Translations under genes and position numbers: made by a program | Notes under the pieces: generated by a model | What the model saw: the letters and a program-made list of their open reading frames with translations, nothing else | Databases searched by the model: none | Told to the model about the DNA's origin: nothing | Shown here: in pieces, positions 50,938-62,874 of the stretch | Numbering within the stretch: the stretch's first letter is position 1 | Layout: the number at the start of each line of letters is the position of its first letter | Origin: Candidatus Saganbacteria bacterium | Lineage (GTDB): Bacteria > Margulisbacteria > WOR-1 > XYC2-FULL-46-14 > WPAF01 | DNA length: 64,000 nucleotides | Direction: 5' to 3' | NCBI GenBank assembly: GCA_016223205.1 | Contig: JACRPM010000006.1 | Location: 60,257 to 124,256 of the forward strand

Positions 50938-51447
50938 ATGAAAGATATCATTCCGCAAGAGAGGATCGAGAGCAAAATATTCCTTATACGCGGCCAAAAA
51001 GTGATATTGGATGTTGATCTGGCAAATTTATATGGGGTTAAAACCTTTGTTCTTAATCAAGCTGTCAAGAGAAATATTGAGAGATTCCCGGATGATTTTA
51101 TGTTCCAGCTTAGTAAAGAAGAGACCAACATCTTGAAATCACAGTTTGTGATATCAAGTTGGGGAGGCAGGAGAACATTCCCTTATGCCTTTACGGAGCA
51201 GGGTATAGCTATGCTTTCGGGGATTTTAAACAGCAAAAGAGCGATTCATGTCAATATTATGATCATGCGGACTTTTATCAGGTTGAAACAGATGATAACT
51301 ACCCACAAAGAACTAGCTCACAAAATCGAGGAACTGGAGAGAAAATACAAAAAGCATGATATTGAGATCGAGACGATATTCGGCGCCATCAAGAAGATGT
51401 TGGAGCCGCCGAAATCCCCACCCCGCAAGTTCGGTTTCCAGCCTTAG
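50938..51447 (+). CDS. ORF6N-domain DNA-binding protein
   Basis: IRGQKVILDVDLA, NQAVKRN..RFPDDFMFQL, PYAFTEQGIAMLS. Confidence 0.93.
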   Translation: MKDIIPQERIESKIFLIRGQKVILDVDLANLYGVKTFVLNQAVKRNIERFPDDFMFQLSKEETNILKSQFVISSWGGRRTFPYAFTEQGIAMLSGILNSKRAIHVNIMIMRTFIRLKQMITTHKELAHKIEELERKYKKHDIEIETIFGAIKKMLEPPKSPPRKFGFQP

Positions 51448-51452
51448 GGCTT

Positions 51453-51535
51453 TGGAGAGGGAAGGATTTGAACCTTCGAAGTCGTAAGACGCCTGATTTA
51501 CAGTCAGGTGCATTTGGCCGCTTTGCTACCTCTCC
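51453..51535 (-). tRNA. tRNA-Tyr (GTA)
   Basis: GGAGAGG acceptor, CCTGA-CTGTAAA-TCAGG anticodon arm, long variable arm, GGTTCAAATCC. Confidence 0.96.
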
Positions 51536-51641
51536 TTAAGAACGTCGTGCGTTTGGCGGTCGCGACGCGCGAAACGTCTGGTGTAAAGCGTCGAGGGGTA
51601 TTATAACGTAGAGGCGGATTTACTGCAATATAAGCAGAGGA

Positions 51642-52103
51642 TTACCAATGCATCAGTTCCCAGCGCCAGTTTTGGCCCAGAATGTCTGCCAATATTTCGT
51701 GACCGACGCCGCCCCGCTTTTCCAGCGTAGAAAAGGTAGCTTTCATCCATTCGTCACGGGGAATGCCGATGCCGATCTTTGCTGCACCGAATCCCACTCG
51801 GTCAAATTTCCAAAGTTCAGTTAAGATATCGGCCAACCAAACCTCATCCGGCCGGCCCCTTAATCCCATCATATCCACCAGATCCTGGTGTTCATTCGAA
51901 TCCCGCAGGACAAAAAGCAGATCACTTCTGGTTTTATCGATAAGCGCGTAAGAGAGGGTGCGCATTTTGAGGTCGGCTGCTCCCCAGCGGATAAAGACCT
52001 CCGCCAGCCGGTTAATATATCCATACACATACCGCGAGGCAGGAATACGTGCGGGCGCTGTTGGATTGGGGCGCGGTATTATCCGCGCGACGGCTTCGGT
52101 CAT
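51642..52103 (-). CDS. Orphan hypothetical protein
   Basis: SD GGAG before MTEAVAR; preceded by sigma28-like motif. Confidence 0.6.
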   Translation of the reverse strand: MTEAVARIIPRPNPTAPARIPASRYVYGYINRLAEVFIRWGAADLKMRTLSYALIDKTRSDLLFVLRDSNEHQDLVDMMGLRGRPDEVWLADILTELWKFDRVGFGAAKIGIGIPRDEWMKATFSTLEKRGGVGHEILADILGQNWRWELMHW

Positions 52104-52123
52104 GATATTTTCTCCATGATTAT

Positions 52124-52150
52124 TTATCGACTGATCTGCTTGAAATTTCA
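52124..52150 (-). promoter_or_regulatory. sigma28-like promoter TGAAATTT-N11-GTCGATAA
   Basis: Third instance of the motif. Confidence 0.4.
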
Positions 52151-52191
52151 AGGAGATTTGCTAATATTCGAGAAACCGGGAGTTGATCAAT

Positions 52192-52542
52192 ATGAAAAAG
52201 ACCCTCTTTCACTTGGTTATCGCCGTTTTGTTGTTCTCGAGTTTGACAGGATTGGCTCAAGCCGCGGTCACGCATCCCACCCGGGAAGAATGGCTGGAGG
52301 TCTGGTTAACCCATAAGATCCAGAAAATGGTCGATCCCATGGAGCCAAGAGTGACTTTTTTGGTAAATGTCCTTTCCTCGACCAAGGAGATCATCATCAC
52401 TTACATGCCGGCACAGGGTGGGAGATTTACCGATCCGGAATCGGTCGGGGGAATTATCAGGATCCCGGCAGAAAAAACCCTTAAAGATTATCCTTGGGCC
52501 CGGAATTACCAGCTGACCATAAAATACATCGAACCGTTTTAA
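52192..52542 (+). CDS. Hypothetical exported protein
   Basis: Signal peptide MKKTLF...AQA. Confidence 0.7.
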   Translation: MKKTLFHLVIAVLLFSSLTGLAQAAVTHPTREEWLEVWLTHKIQKMVDPMEPRVTFLVNVLSSTKEIIITYMPAQGGRFTDPESVGGIIRIPAEKTLKDYPWARNYQLTIKYIEPF

Positions 52543-52552
52543 GCGGGGGCCC

Positions 52553-52951
52553 TTATTTGCTCCAGCCCCGGATCCAGCCGCCTAAGGCCTTATAATGGCC
52601 GCCCTTTAATTTGATAAGATAAGCGGTGCCCCGATCGCCCGTTTCGAACTGCGGGTCCTGAACGTCGGCTTCAAGATCGGGGTTTAGTTTGGCGAACTCG
52701 ACAACTATTTGGGGGCCGGGCTTTTTGCCTTTCAGGATCTTGTCCACCTTTATTTGAGCCAGATGGACCTGTCCGTAAAGGCCGTCAACCAGCCGCTTCT
52801 GCGCCCCGGTCGGTGTAACTTTTATCACTTTGCCGGTGATCACCAGGTCGGCCTTTTTAGTCAACTGCTCGGGTGAATAATAGACCGCTTCGGAGAACGA
52901 GAAAGATACGAGACTGATCAGTAGCAGCATAGATAAAAACGCTTTTTTCAT
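52553..52951 (-). CDS. Hypothetical exported protein (TIMP/OB-fold-like)
   Basis: Signal peptide, 'ADLVITGKV...VDKILKG' pattern, SD AGGAGG. Confidence 0.65.
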   Translation of the reverse strand: MKKAFLSMLLLISLVSFSFSEAVYYSPEQLTKKADLVITGKVIKVTPTGAQKRLVDGLYGQVHLAQIKVDKILKGKKPGPQIVVEFAKLNPDLEADVQDPQFETGDRGTAYLIKLKGGHYKALGGWIRGWSK

Positions 52952-53042
52952 AGTACCCTCCTTCTAATCTTCTATTAGATTTATTATCAAAGCAATTATC
53001 GGAAAAAGGAATGTGCATTTTTTGCACCTTCCTTTCCTCCTT

Positions 53043-53789
53043 TTACTTCAGTTTCCTGAACGCCCAGGTTCCCGCGGAAATAAAGAACAAAGCGAAAGCC
53101 CCCAAGATAAGAAAATCCAATCCCAGCGGAAAGCGGTTCAGATGGAGAAGTATCCCCCGCATCGCGTCCACCGCGTAAGTTACCGGATCGATGAAAGTAA
53201 AGAACTTGAGCCAGCCGGGCAGATTTTCCAGCGGGAAAAGCGCTCCCGAGAAAAAGAACATGGGGAAGATCAGGAAACTAACAAAAAGATTAAAGCCCTC
53301 CAAACTGTCGATCAGGGCCCCGATCATCAATCCCAAACTCACCAGAGCGGCAGACAATAAGAATAATATCAGCATCGCCGCTACGACCGAAAAAATGGAA
53401 TAATGTATCCCGAAAAATAGGCCCAAGGATAAAAGTATGGCGCCCTGGATCAGGGAATCGGTGGTCCCGCCCAGCATCTTGCCGGTAAAAATGGTTACCC
53501 GGGAGAGAGGCGCCACTAATACTTCTTTGAAGAAATCGATGCGCTTGTCCCAGACGATATACAGCCCAAAAAAGATCGAGGAGAAAAGCACCGACATGCA
53601 GAGGATGCCCGGGAACAGGAAGGTTTGATAATTTACTCCCTCCACGTGCGATACCGTCCCCATGCCCCCTCCGAACACCACCAGCCACAGGATCGGGGAG
53701 AAAAGGGAAGAGACGATGCGCGATTTCTCCCGCCAGAAGACCAAAAGTTCCCGGTACCATAATCCCAATAATCCTTTAAGTTCTCTCAT
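53043..53789 (-). CDS. ABC-2 type permease (DrrB-like)
   Basis: FLFPGI, KEVLVAPLSR, FSGALFP, DPVTYAVDAMR. Confidence 0.92.
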   Translation of the reverse strand: MRELKGLLGLWYRELLVFWREKSRIVSSLFSPILWLVVFGGGMGTVSHVEGVNYQTFLFPGILCMSVLFSSIFFGLYIVWDKRIDFFKEVLVAPLSRVTIFTGKMLGGTTDSLIQGAILLSLGLFFGIHYSIFSVVAAMLILFLLSAALVSLGLMIGALIDSLEGFNLFVSFLIFPMFFFSGALFPLENLPGWLKFFTFIDPVTYAVDAMRGILLHLNRFPLGLDFLILGAFALFFISAGTWAFRKLK

Positions 53790-54619
53790 CGGTTCTTCTT
53801 GGTGAAATTCATGACCTTTTGCATAAATCCGCCCTCCGCCGTATCGCCGCTCTCCCTTAATTGCTTTCCGGTGTAATAAAGGAACACATCGTGCAGGGTG
53901 GCCTTGAGCACTTCCGGCGGCCGCTTTGGCTCGGGGATGCCGGTCTTGAGCTCCGTTGGGGTGCCGCTGACGATGATCTTGCCGTGATCGATAATGGCTA
54001 CCCGGTCGCAGAGCCGGTCGGCCTCTTCCATATAATGAGTGGTGAGGATGATGCTCACTTTTTCCACTTTTACCAGATTTTCGATGTGGACCCAGATGTT
54101 CTCGCGGGCCTGGGGATCGAGCCCCAGCGTCGGCTCATCCAAGAAGAGTATCCGGGGTTTGTGCAGGAGCCCCCGCGCCAGCTCCAGCCTTCTCCTCATC
54201 CCGCCGGAGTATTTCTTGAGCAGGGCGTCTTTCCATTCGGTGAGGTCCACCAGTTCCAGCGCCCATTTAATACGGGGACCGATCTCCGCATTGGGAACAT
54301 CGAAGAGTAGGCAATGGAGCAGGAGATTTTCCCGGCCGGTCAAGATATCGTCGGAGCTGGGATCCTGGAAAACGATACCGATCGAGCGCCTGACCGCGGC
54401 GGGATCCTTCTGCACATCGTGACCGTTGATAAGGGCGGTTCCGGAAGTGGGGCGCAGGAGAGTGGAGAGCATGGAGATGGTAGTGGTCTTGCCCGCTCCG
54501 TTGGGGCCCAAAAGCCCGAACACGCAGCCCTCGTCCACCTCAAAGTTGATCGAATCAACGGCGGTGAAGCCGTTGAACTTCTTGGTGAGGTTTTTAACTT
54601 CGATCACCGGGTTGGCCAT
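53786..54619 (-). CDS. ABC transporter ATP-binding protein (DrrA-like)
   Basis: GPNGAGKT, YSGGMRRR, LDEPT, TTHYMEEA; start set at ATG 54619. Confidence 0.93.
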   Translation of the reverse strand: MANPVIEVKNLTKKFNGFTAVDSINFEVDEGCVFGLLGPNGAGKTTTISMLSTLLRPTSGTALINGHDVQKDPAAVRRSIGIVFQDPSSDDILTGRENLLLHCLLFDVPNAEIGPRIKWALELVDLTEWKDALLKKYSGGMRRRLELARGLLHKPRILFLDEPTLGLDPQARENIWVHIENLVKVEKVSIILTTHYMEEADRLCDRVAIIDHGKIIVSGTPTELKTGIPEPKRPPEVLKATLHDVFLYYTGKQLRESGDTAEGGFMQKVMNFTKKNR

Positions 54620-54647
54620 GGAAGCTATTTTAACATATAATAATGTT

Positions 54648-55283
54648 ATGCTACTGAAGTTTATTCCGGGGTTTGCGGTAGACGAAAGTGTTTGGGAACC
54701 CCCTCTGTCCCTCGACTGCGCTCGGGACATCTCCCCCTTGGTAAGGGGGAGATTAAGAGGGGGTTCCGAAGTCCTGATAGGATGGTCTATGGGGGCGGAG
54801 GAAGCGGTCGATCAATATCTGAATGATCCGGAAAAAGTAAAGGCCCTGGTGCTGGTCTCGGCCACCCCCAAGTTCCTCGGGCCGCCGGTGGGTATCTCGT
54901 CGGCTTTGTTGAGGAATCTGGAGAAAAAGATCGAGGCCAATTTTGAAAGAGGTTTGCGCTTTTTCTATTCGCTGATGTTTCTGGGGGGCAGGATACATCC
55001 CTTGATCAAAAAAATGGCCCTGCCGGACAAAGAGAAAGTTTTTGCCGATCTGGAACATCTCAAAGTATCCGACTGGAGAAATATATTGCCGGAGATAAAA
55101 GTTCCGGTCCTGCTCATCCATGGGGAATCCGATAAGATCTGCCTGCCGGCGGCGGCCGCGTATCTCCATGACGGGATAGCGGGAGCGGAGATCAAGATAT
55201 TCGAAAGGTCGGGCCACGCGCCCTTCCTCGACTGGCCGGATAAATTCAACCGGGTGCTTAAGGAATTCATTTTGACTTTATGA
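54648..55283 (+). CDS. BioH-like alpha/beta hydrolase
   Basis: GWSMG nucleophile, SATPKF, HGESD, GHAPF; adjacent to bioC-like gene; start set at ATG 54648. Confidence 0.8.
   Translation: MLLKFIPGFAVDESVWEPPLSLDCARDISPLVRGRLRGGSEVLIGWSMGAEEAVDQYLNDPEKVKALVLVSATPKFLGPPVGISSALLRNLEKKIEANFERGLRFFYSLMFLGGRIHPLIKKMALPDKEKVFADLEHLKVSDWRNILPEIKVPVLLIHGESDKICLPAAAAYLHDGIAGAEIKIFERSGHAPFLDWPDKFNRVLKEFILTL
54695..54767. repeat. Branched palindromic element in-frame within the bioH-like gene
   Basis: GGAACCCCCTCT-GTCCC-TCGACTGCGCTC-GGGAC-ATCTCCCCCTTGGTAAGGGGGAGAT-TA-AGAGGGGGTTCC. Confidence 0.85.
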
Positions 55284-56035
55284 TCGATAAAGAAAAAGTT
55301 AAGAAACATTTTTCGCGCGGCGCAAAAAATTACGATGTGCATGCGCATTTGCACCGCCGGATCATCCACGATCTTTTGGCGCTGTTGCCAAACACCAAAC
55401 CCGTAAACATTGCCGATCTGGGGTGCGGCACCGGGCTTTTGACCGAAGAGATCCGGAAAAAATATCCCCGGGCTCGCATCGTGGGTGTTGATTTAGCGCC
55501 GGGCATGATCGAGGTAGCCAAAACCAAGGTTTTGGGCGCGGAATTCATGGAATTCGACGTGGAAGACCTGCCTTTTGAGCGTTCTTCTTTCGATCTTTTA
55601 GTCTCCTCTTCCTCTTTTCAGTGGATGGACACAGAGAAAGTTATAAAGGAAGCGGGGAGGGTATTAAAATCGGGAGGCCAGCTGGTATTTTCAACTTTCG
55701 GGGAGGGGACCTTGAAAGAGCTGGAATCCCTGGGCTTTAGGATCCATAAGCTGCCCTCGCTTGAGGAGTGGAGAAAACAGCTATCCAAGCGTTTCGCGTC
55801 GGTTGAGCTCGAAAGCCGGACCTTTAGGGAATTTTTCCAGAGCGCCAAGCAGTTGACCGATTTCCTAAAGATCATCGGGGCGCGGGGGGCTTTCGAGGAA
55901 GGCGAGATCCGCCCGATCGACCGCTTGAAGTTCCTGTCCTTAAGGCAGACCAACGGGTTCATCGCCACTTTCAATGTAATTTATGGTAAAGCATCGACCC
56001 TGCACCTAAGCGCCCCGCGCATGGTGCAGGGTTGA
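55280..56035 (+). CDS. bioC: Malonyl-ACP O-methyltransferase-like
   Basis: 'IDKEKVKKHFSRGAKNYD', DLGCGTG, FQW, STFGEGTLKEL, LKIIGA. Confidence 0.8.
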   Translation: MIDKEKVKKHFSRGAKNYDVHAHLHRRIIHDLLALLPNTKPVNIADLGCGTGLLTEEIRKKYPRARIVGVDLAPGMIEVAKTKVLGAEFMEFDVEDLPFERSSFDLLVSSSSFQWMDTEKVIKEAGRVLKSGGQLVFSTFGEGTLKELESLGFRIHKLPSLEEWRKQLSKRFASVELESRTFREFFQSAKQLTDFLKIIGARGAFEEGEIRPIDRLKFLSLRQTNGFIATFNVIYGKASTLHLSAPRMVQG

Positions 56036-56059
56036 CAAAAGGGTAAAAGGGTTTAAAAT
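56032..56059 (+). promoter_or_regulatory. sigma70 promoter
   Basis: TTGACA-16-TAAAAT. Confidence 0.55.
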
Positions 56060-56082
56060 ATCTGGCAGAAGAGGTGGTAAAC

Positions 56083-56451
56083 ATGCCAAAAGCAAAGAAA
56101 GCCAAGAAGGCCAAGAAAGCCAAGAAAGTCGCCAAGAAGATTGTAAAGAAAGTTAAAAAAGCCGTCAAAAAGGTTGTTAAGAAGGTGAAAGGTCCCAAAG
56201 TGCTGGGGATGGTCGAGCATTTCTTCTCCGGTATCTCGGTGGCCGCAGTCAAGGTGAAGGCCCCTTTTAAAGTGGGGGATAAGATACACTTTAAAGGCCA
56301 CACCACCGATTTTGAAGAAGTCATCGGATCGATGCAGATCGAGCACGAGTCCGTGAACCAGGTCAAGAAAGGCGACGACGTGGGCATCAAGGTAAAAGAC
56401 CACGTCCGCGAACACGATCTGCTGCTGGAACCGGGACCGATTCCGATTTGA
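56083..56451 (+). CDS. Lys/Ala/Val-rich tail fused to a translation-factor-like beta-barrel
   Basis: (KKA/KKV)n then '[13 protein letters not shown]...[14 protein letters not shown]...SMQIEH...GDDVGIKV'. Confidence 0.8.
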   Translation: MPKAKKAKKAKKAKKVAKKIVKKVKKAVKKVVKKVKGPKVLGMVEHFFSGISVAAVKVKAPFKVGDKIHFKGHTTDFEEVIGSMQIEHESVNQVKKGDDVGIKVKDHVREHDLLLEPGPIPI

Positions 56452-57567
56452 AAGCGATATTAGCTCTAGAGGACGGCACGGTTTTTGTCGGCCGATCTTT
56501 CGGTGCGCAGGGAGAGAAGGCCGGGGAAGTCGTTTTTAATACTTCGCTTACCGGCTATCAGGAAATTTTGACCGACCCCTCTTATAAGGGCCAGATCGTT
56601 ACCATGACGTACCCGCTCATCGGCAATTACGGTGCCAATGAAGAAGACCTCGAATCGCAAGTCCCCCAATGCGAGGGTTTTGTGGTGCGGGAGAATTCCA
56701 AGATCGCCTCCAATTTCCGCTCCAAATTCAAGCTCGACGAATACCTGGCAAAAAATAATATCATCGGCATCGAAGGGATCGACACCCGGATGCTCACCCG
56801 TATCCTGCGCATCAAAGGCGCGCTCAAAGGGATTATTTCCACTACCGATCTCGATGAAAAAAGTTTGATCAAGAAGGCCAAAGCTTCTCCCGGGGTGGAG
56901 GGCGTCGACCTGGTAAAGGTCGTTACTTGTAAGAAACCATACATTTGGAACGAGACCGCTTTTGCCCGCCGGTTCTGCCAGATGCCCGTTAAATATAATG
57001 TGGTGGCGTATGATTTTGGCGCTAAGTTCAACATCCTCTGGAACCTGCAATGCGTGAACTGCAAGGTTACGGTGGTGCCGGCCGCCACTCCGGCAGAGGA
57101 AGTCCTGGCGCTCAATCCTGACGGTATCTTTCTTTCCAACGGGCCGGCCGATCCCGCGGCGGTCACTTACGCTATCGAGAACATCAAGAAGCTGATCGGC
57201 CTGCCTGCCGGCAGGCAGGCAAGAATGCCCATCTTCGGCATCTGCCTGGGCCACCAGCTATTGGGATTGGCTTTGGGCGGCAAGACCTACAAATTAAAGT
57301 TCGGCCATCACGGCGGCAACCAGCCAGTGATGGACCTTAAGACGAGGAAGGTGGCTATCACCGCGCAAAACCACGGGTTTGCGGTGGATATCGAATCGAT
57401 CCCCAAAGGGCAGGTTGAGCTTACCCATATTAATCTTAATGACCAGACGGTCGAAGGCATGCGTCACTTGAAACTGCCCATATTCTCCGTTCAATACCAT
57501 CCCGAGGCGGGGCCGGGGCCGCACGACGCGCACTATCTTTTTAGGGAGTTTGCGGAGTTAATGAAGA

Positions 57568-57575
<8 letters not shown>
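56448..57575 (+). CDS. carA: Carbamoyl-phosphate synthase small subunit
   Basis: GEVVFNT, TDPSY, LSNGP, GICLGHQ, QYHPEA. Confidence 0.97.
57199..57220. repeat. Perfect 22 bp palindrome in-frame within carA
   Basis: GCCTGCCTGCCGGCAGGCAGGC (encodes GLPAGRQA). Confidence 0.85.
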
Positions 57576-60759
<3,184 letters not shown>

Positions 60760-60772
60760 GGAGGTAAATATC

Positions 60773-61090
60773 ATGGAACTGCACGTGCTCATAAACTGGA
60801 TCGTCATGGCCATCAGCCTGATCGGTTCTGCCGTGATCATCTGGGGCATCCTGCTGGTCATCAAGGATTTCCTGTTCAATCTCCTCTCGGACGATCCCCA
60901 ATCCAAACGGCTGATGCGGCAAAAGCTGGGATCCTATTTGATTTTGGGATTGGAGTTCTTCATTGCGGCGGACATTATCCGTACCATCATTAGGCCGGAC
61001 TGGAACGACATCGGTATGCTGGCCGCCATCATCGCCATCAGAACAGTATTAAGCTATTTTCTGGGGATGGAGTTGAGGGAGAAGGCGTAA
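60773..61090 (+). CDS. DUF1622-family membrane protein
   Basis: 'LGLEFFIAADIIRT...IRTVLSYFL..E'. Confidence 0.85.
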   Translation: MELHVLINWIVMAISLIGSAVIIWGILLVIKDFLFNLLSDDPQSKRLMRQKLGSYLILGLEFFIAADIIRTIIRPDWNDIGMLAAIIAIRTVLSYFLGMELREKA

Positions 61091-61140
61091 GATTATAATG
61101 CTAGATAATTAATGAAAGCAAAACGTTGTATATTTATAAG

Positions 61141-61169
61141 TTGCTTTTTTGGTAGAAAGGAAATATAAT
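61141..61169 (+). promoter_or_regulatory. sigma70 promoter, leaderless configuration
   Basis: TTGCTT-17-TATAAT, 6 nt before ATG 61176. Confidence 0.65.
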
Positions 61170-61175
61170 TGATAC

Positions 61176-61880
61176 ATGGTGGATCATCCCAAGCTCCATA
61201 AGTCCCCGCTTATCGAGTCTTTATTTGAAATCCAATTTAACCCTGTCTCGGATTATGCCTTATTTGCAGGGTCAGTTTACAGTTCAATAAAAAATGATTT
61301 TTCAAATACCGAATTACTCGTTCCTCCCGAATTGCCAGATATCGGTGAATGGCCCAAAATATTGAGGCATCGTTTTAAACGAAATGATGGTTCGGCATTA
61401 TTTCAATTAGGAAACGGGATTATGTCAGTCAATCTAACTAAATATGATAAATTTACTCATTTTATCAGTTTAATAAAAAATATATTAAGAGAAATTATTG
61501 CTATTAATTCCAATATACAAGTTAATCGATTGGGATTGCGATATATTAATAGGATCCCATTAAACAATAAAAGCGTGGCTGATGTATTATCAATAAATAT
61601 ATCAACACCAACTAAGTTAAGCAATCAAATAGAAGCGATTAATATTAGAATCATGTTAAAACAAACAAAATCAGGGAAAATATTATTACGAATTACAAAT
61701 CCAATAGAAAACGGAAAGCCATTAGATGAAATTATATTCGACTTAGATTGTTCTGTAATACTAGAAAATGTGCCCATAGACATAAGACATATTGAAGAAT
61801 GGATAAATACGGCCCACGATTCAATTTATGATAACTTTATTGGCAGTCTTAATTCAGAATATAAAAAGGCTATCGAATGA
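61176..61880 (+). CDS. TIGR04255-family-like protein
   Basis: 'L.KSPLIESLFEIQF', 'FQLG', 'RLGLRYINRI', 'FDLD', 'AHD....F'; AT-rich. Confidence 0.75.
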   Translation: MVDHPKLHKSPLIESLFEIQFNPVSDYALFAGSVYSSIKNDFSNTELLVPPELPDIGEWPKILRHRFKRNDGSALFQLGNGIMSVNLTKYDKFTHFISLIKNILREIIAINSNIQVNRLGLRYINRIPLNNKSVADVLSINISTPTKLSNQIEAINIRIMLKQTKSGKILLRITNPIENGKPLDEIIFDLDCSVILENVPIDIRHIEEWINTAHDSIYDNFIGSLNSEYKKAIE

Positions 61881-62230
61881 ACACACAAGTATTAAGAGAA
61901 AAATCACCCTTTGCATCTTCTGATTATGCGTTTGAGGATGAATGGCAAAGGAGGATTAATATTAGGGAGCATCCTTCTGTGACTTTGATTAAAAAGTATC
62001 CTATTTTGCCTTCAGAAAAGGAGTTTAGCGGGTACTATTACTTATCGGGTGAAAGTGTGCGTAGCATTCCTTTTTCTGAATTCCCAGAACTAGATGAATT
62101 TAAGGTATTTGGATATGGGGTGCCTGGGGAAGATATGTTGTTCGAAAGCCCAAATTTTATACCTAAAAGCTTTTATGAATTAAAATCGAGAGGCTTTAAA
62201 AGGATTAATGATCCAAGGCTTAAAATGTGA
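61877..62230 (+). CDS. Hypothetical protein
   Basis: ATGA overlap with upstream gene; AT-rich. Confidence 0.6.
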   Translation: MNTQVLREKSPFASSDYAFEDEWQRRINIREHPSVTLIKKYPILPSEKEFSGYYYLSGESVRSIPFSEFPELDEFKVFGYGVPGEDMLFESPNFIPKSFYELKSRGFKRINDPRLKM

Positions 62231-62236
62231 TAATTT

Positions 62237-62812
62237 ATGTATGCTGCCCCAAAAGAAAAAATTGACCAAAGTGATATATTTAAAAATATTTACTTCCATT
62301 CAATAGATAATACCCAAGAAGCAATTCTTATTACACCTATTTGTGATATGTATCAAGGCAAGGCAGATTATCTCATATTTTGTGGAGTATTTTTATTTAA
62401 TGAAATCATCATGAAATTTATTGAAAAATGCTGGAAAGAAGAAATACCCCCAATATTTACAAGTAAAAAGAGGTATGAAGAATTGTCGGGGAGTCAAAAA
62501 AAGAATGTATCTAAGAGGATTGCAGAATTAAGATCCAATTTTCATTTTCCGCGATATCATTGGCTTGATCCTTTTCCTGGCGAAGAAGAAAGCCATATAA
62601 TTGATTTTCAATGTTTAGCTTCAATAAATATTGACGAATTTGCTGAATCCGACCATTATGAGAGGCTTTTTAGTATTAATTCCCCGTACAGAGAACAAAT
62701 ACCTGCTAGATATAGTGCGTATATGTCAAGGGTAGGTACTCCTGATTCTAAAGAATCAGAAAAAATCATTGACCATGCTTCTAAAGATGCATTTAAAACC
62801 TTTAATTCCTAA
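62237..62812 (+). CDS. Hypothetical protein, possible MazF/PemK-like fold
   Basis: 'QSDIF...AILITPICD...IIDFQCLASI...RLFSINSPYREQI..RYSAYMSRVG'. Confidence 0.6.
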   Translation: MYAAPKEKIDQSDIFKNIYFHSIDNTQEAILITPICDMYQGKADYLIFCGVFLFNEIIMKFIEKCWKEEIPPIFTSKKRYEELSGSQKKNVSKRIAELRSNFHFPRYHWLDPFPGEEESHIIDFQCLASINIDEFAESDHYERLFSINSPYREQIPARYSAYMSRVGTPDSKESEKIIDHASKDAFKTFNS

Positions 62813-62874
62813 TTGATTAGTTAATAAAAGTTTAAAAATGGCAATATTTACAAATTCCGAATTATTACATAGAT

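Noticed and set aside
51536-51600. CG-rich quasi-repetitive stretch upstream of tRNA-Tyr
   Set aside because: Too degenerate to define a unit or stable structure; probably the tRNA leader after the TATAAT near 51600.
55971-56415. Phe/Leu-rich 'membrane' ORFs on the minus strand
   Set aside because: Simply the reverse complement of the Lys-rich repeat gene.
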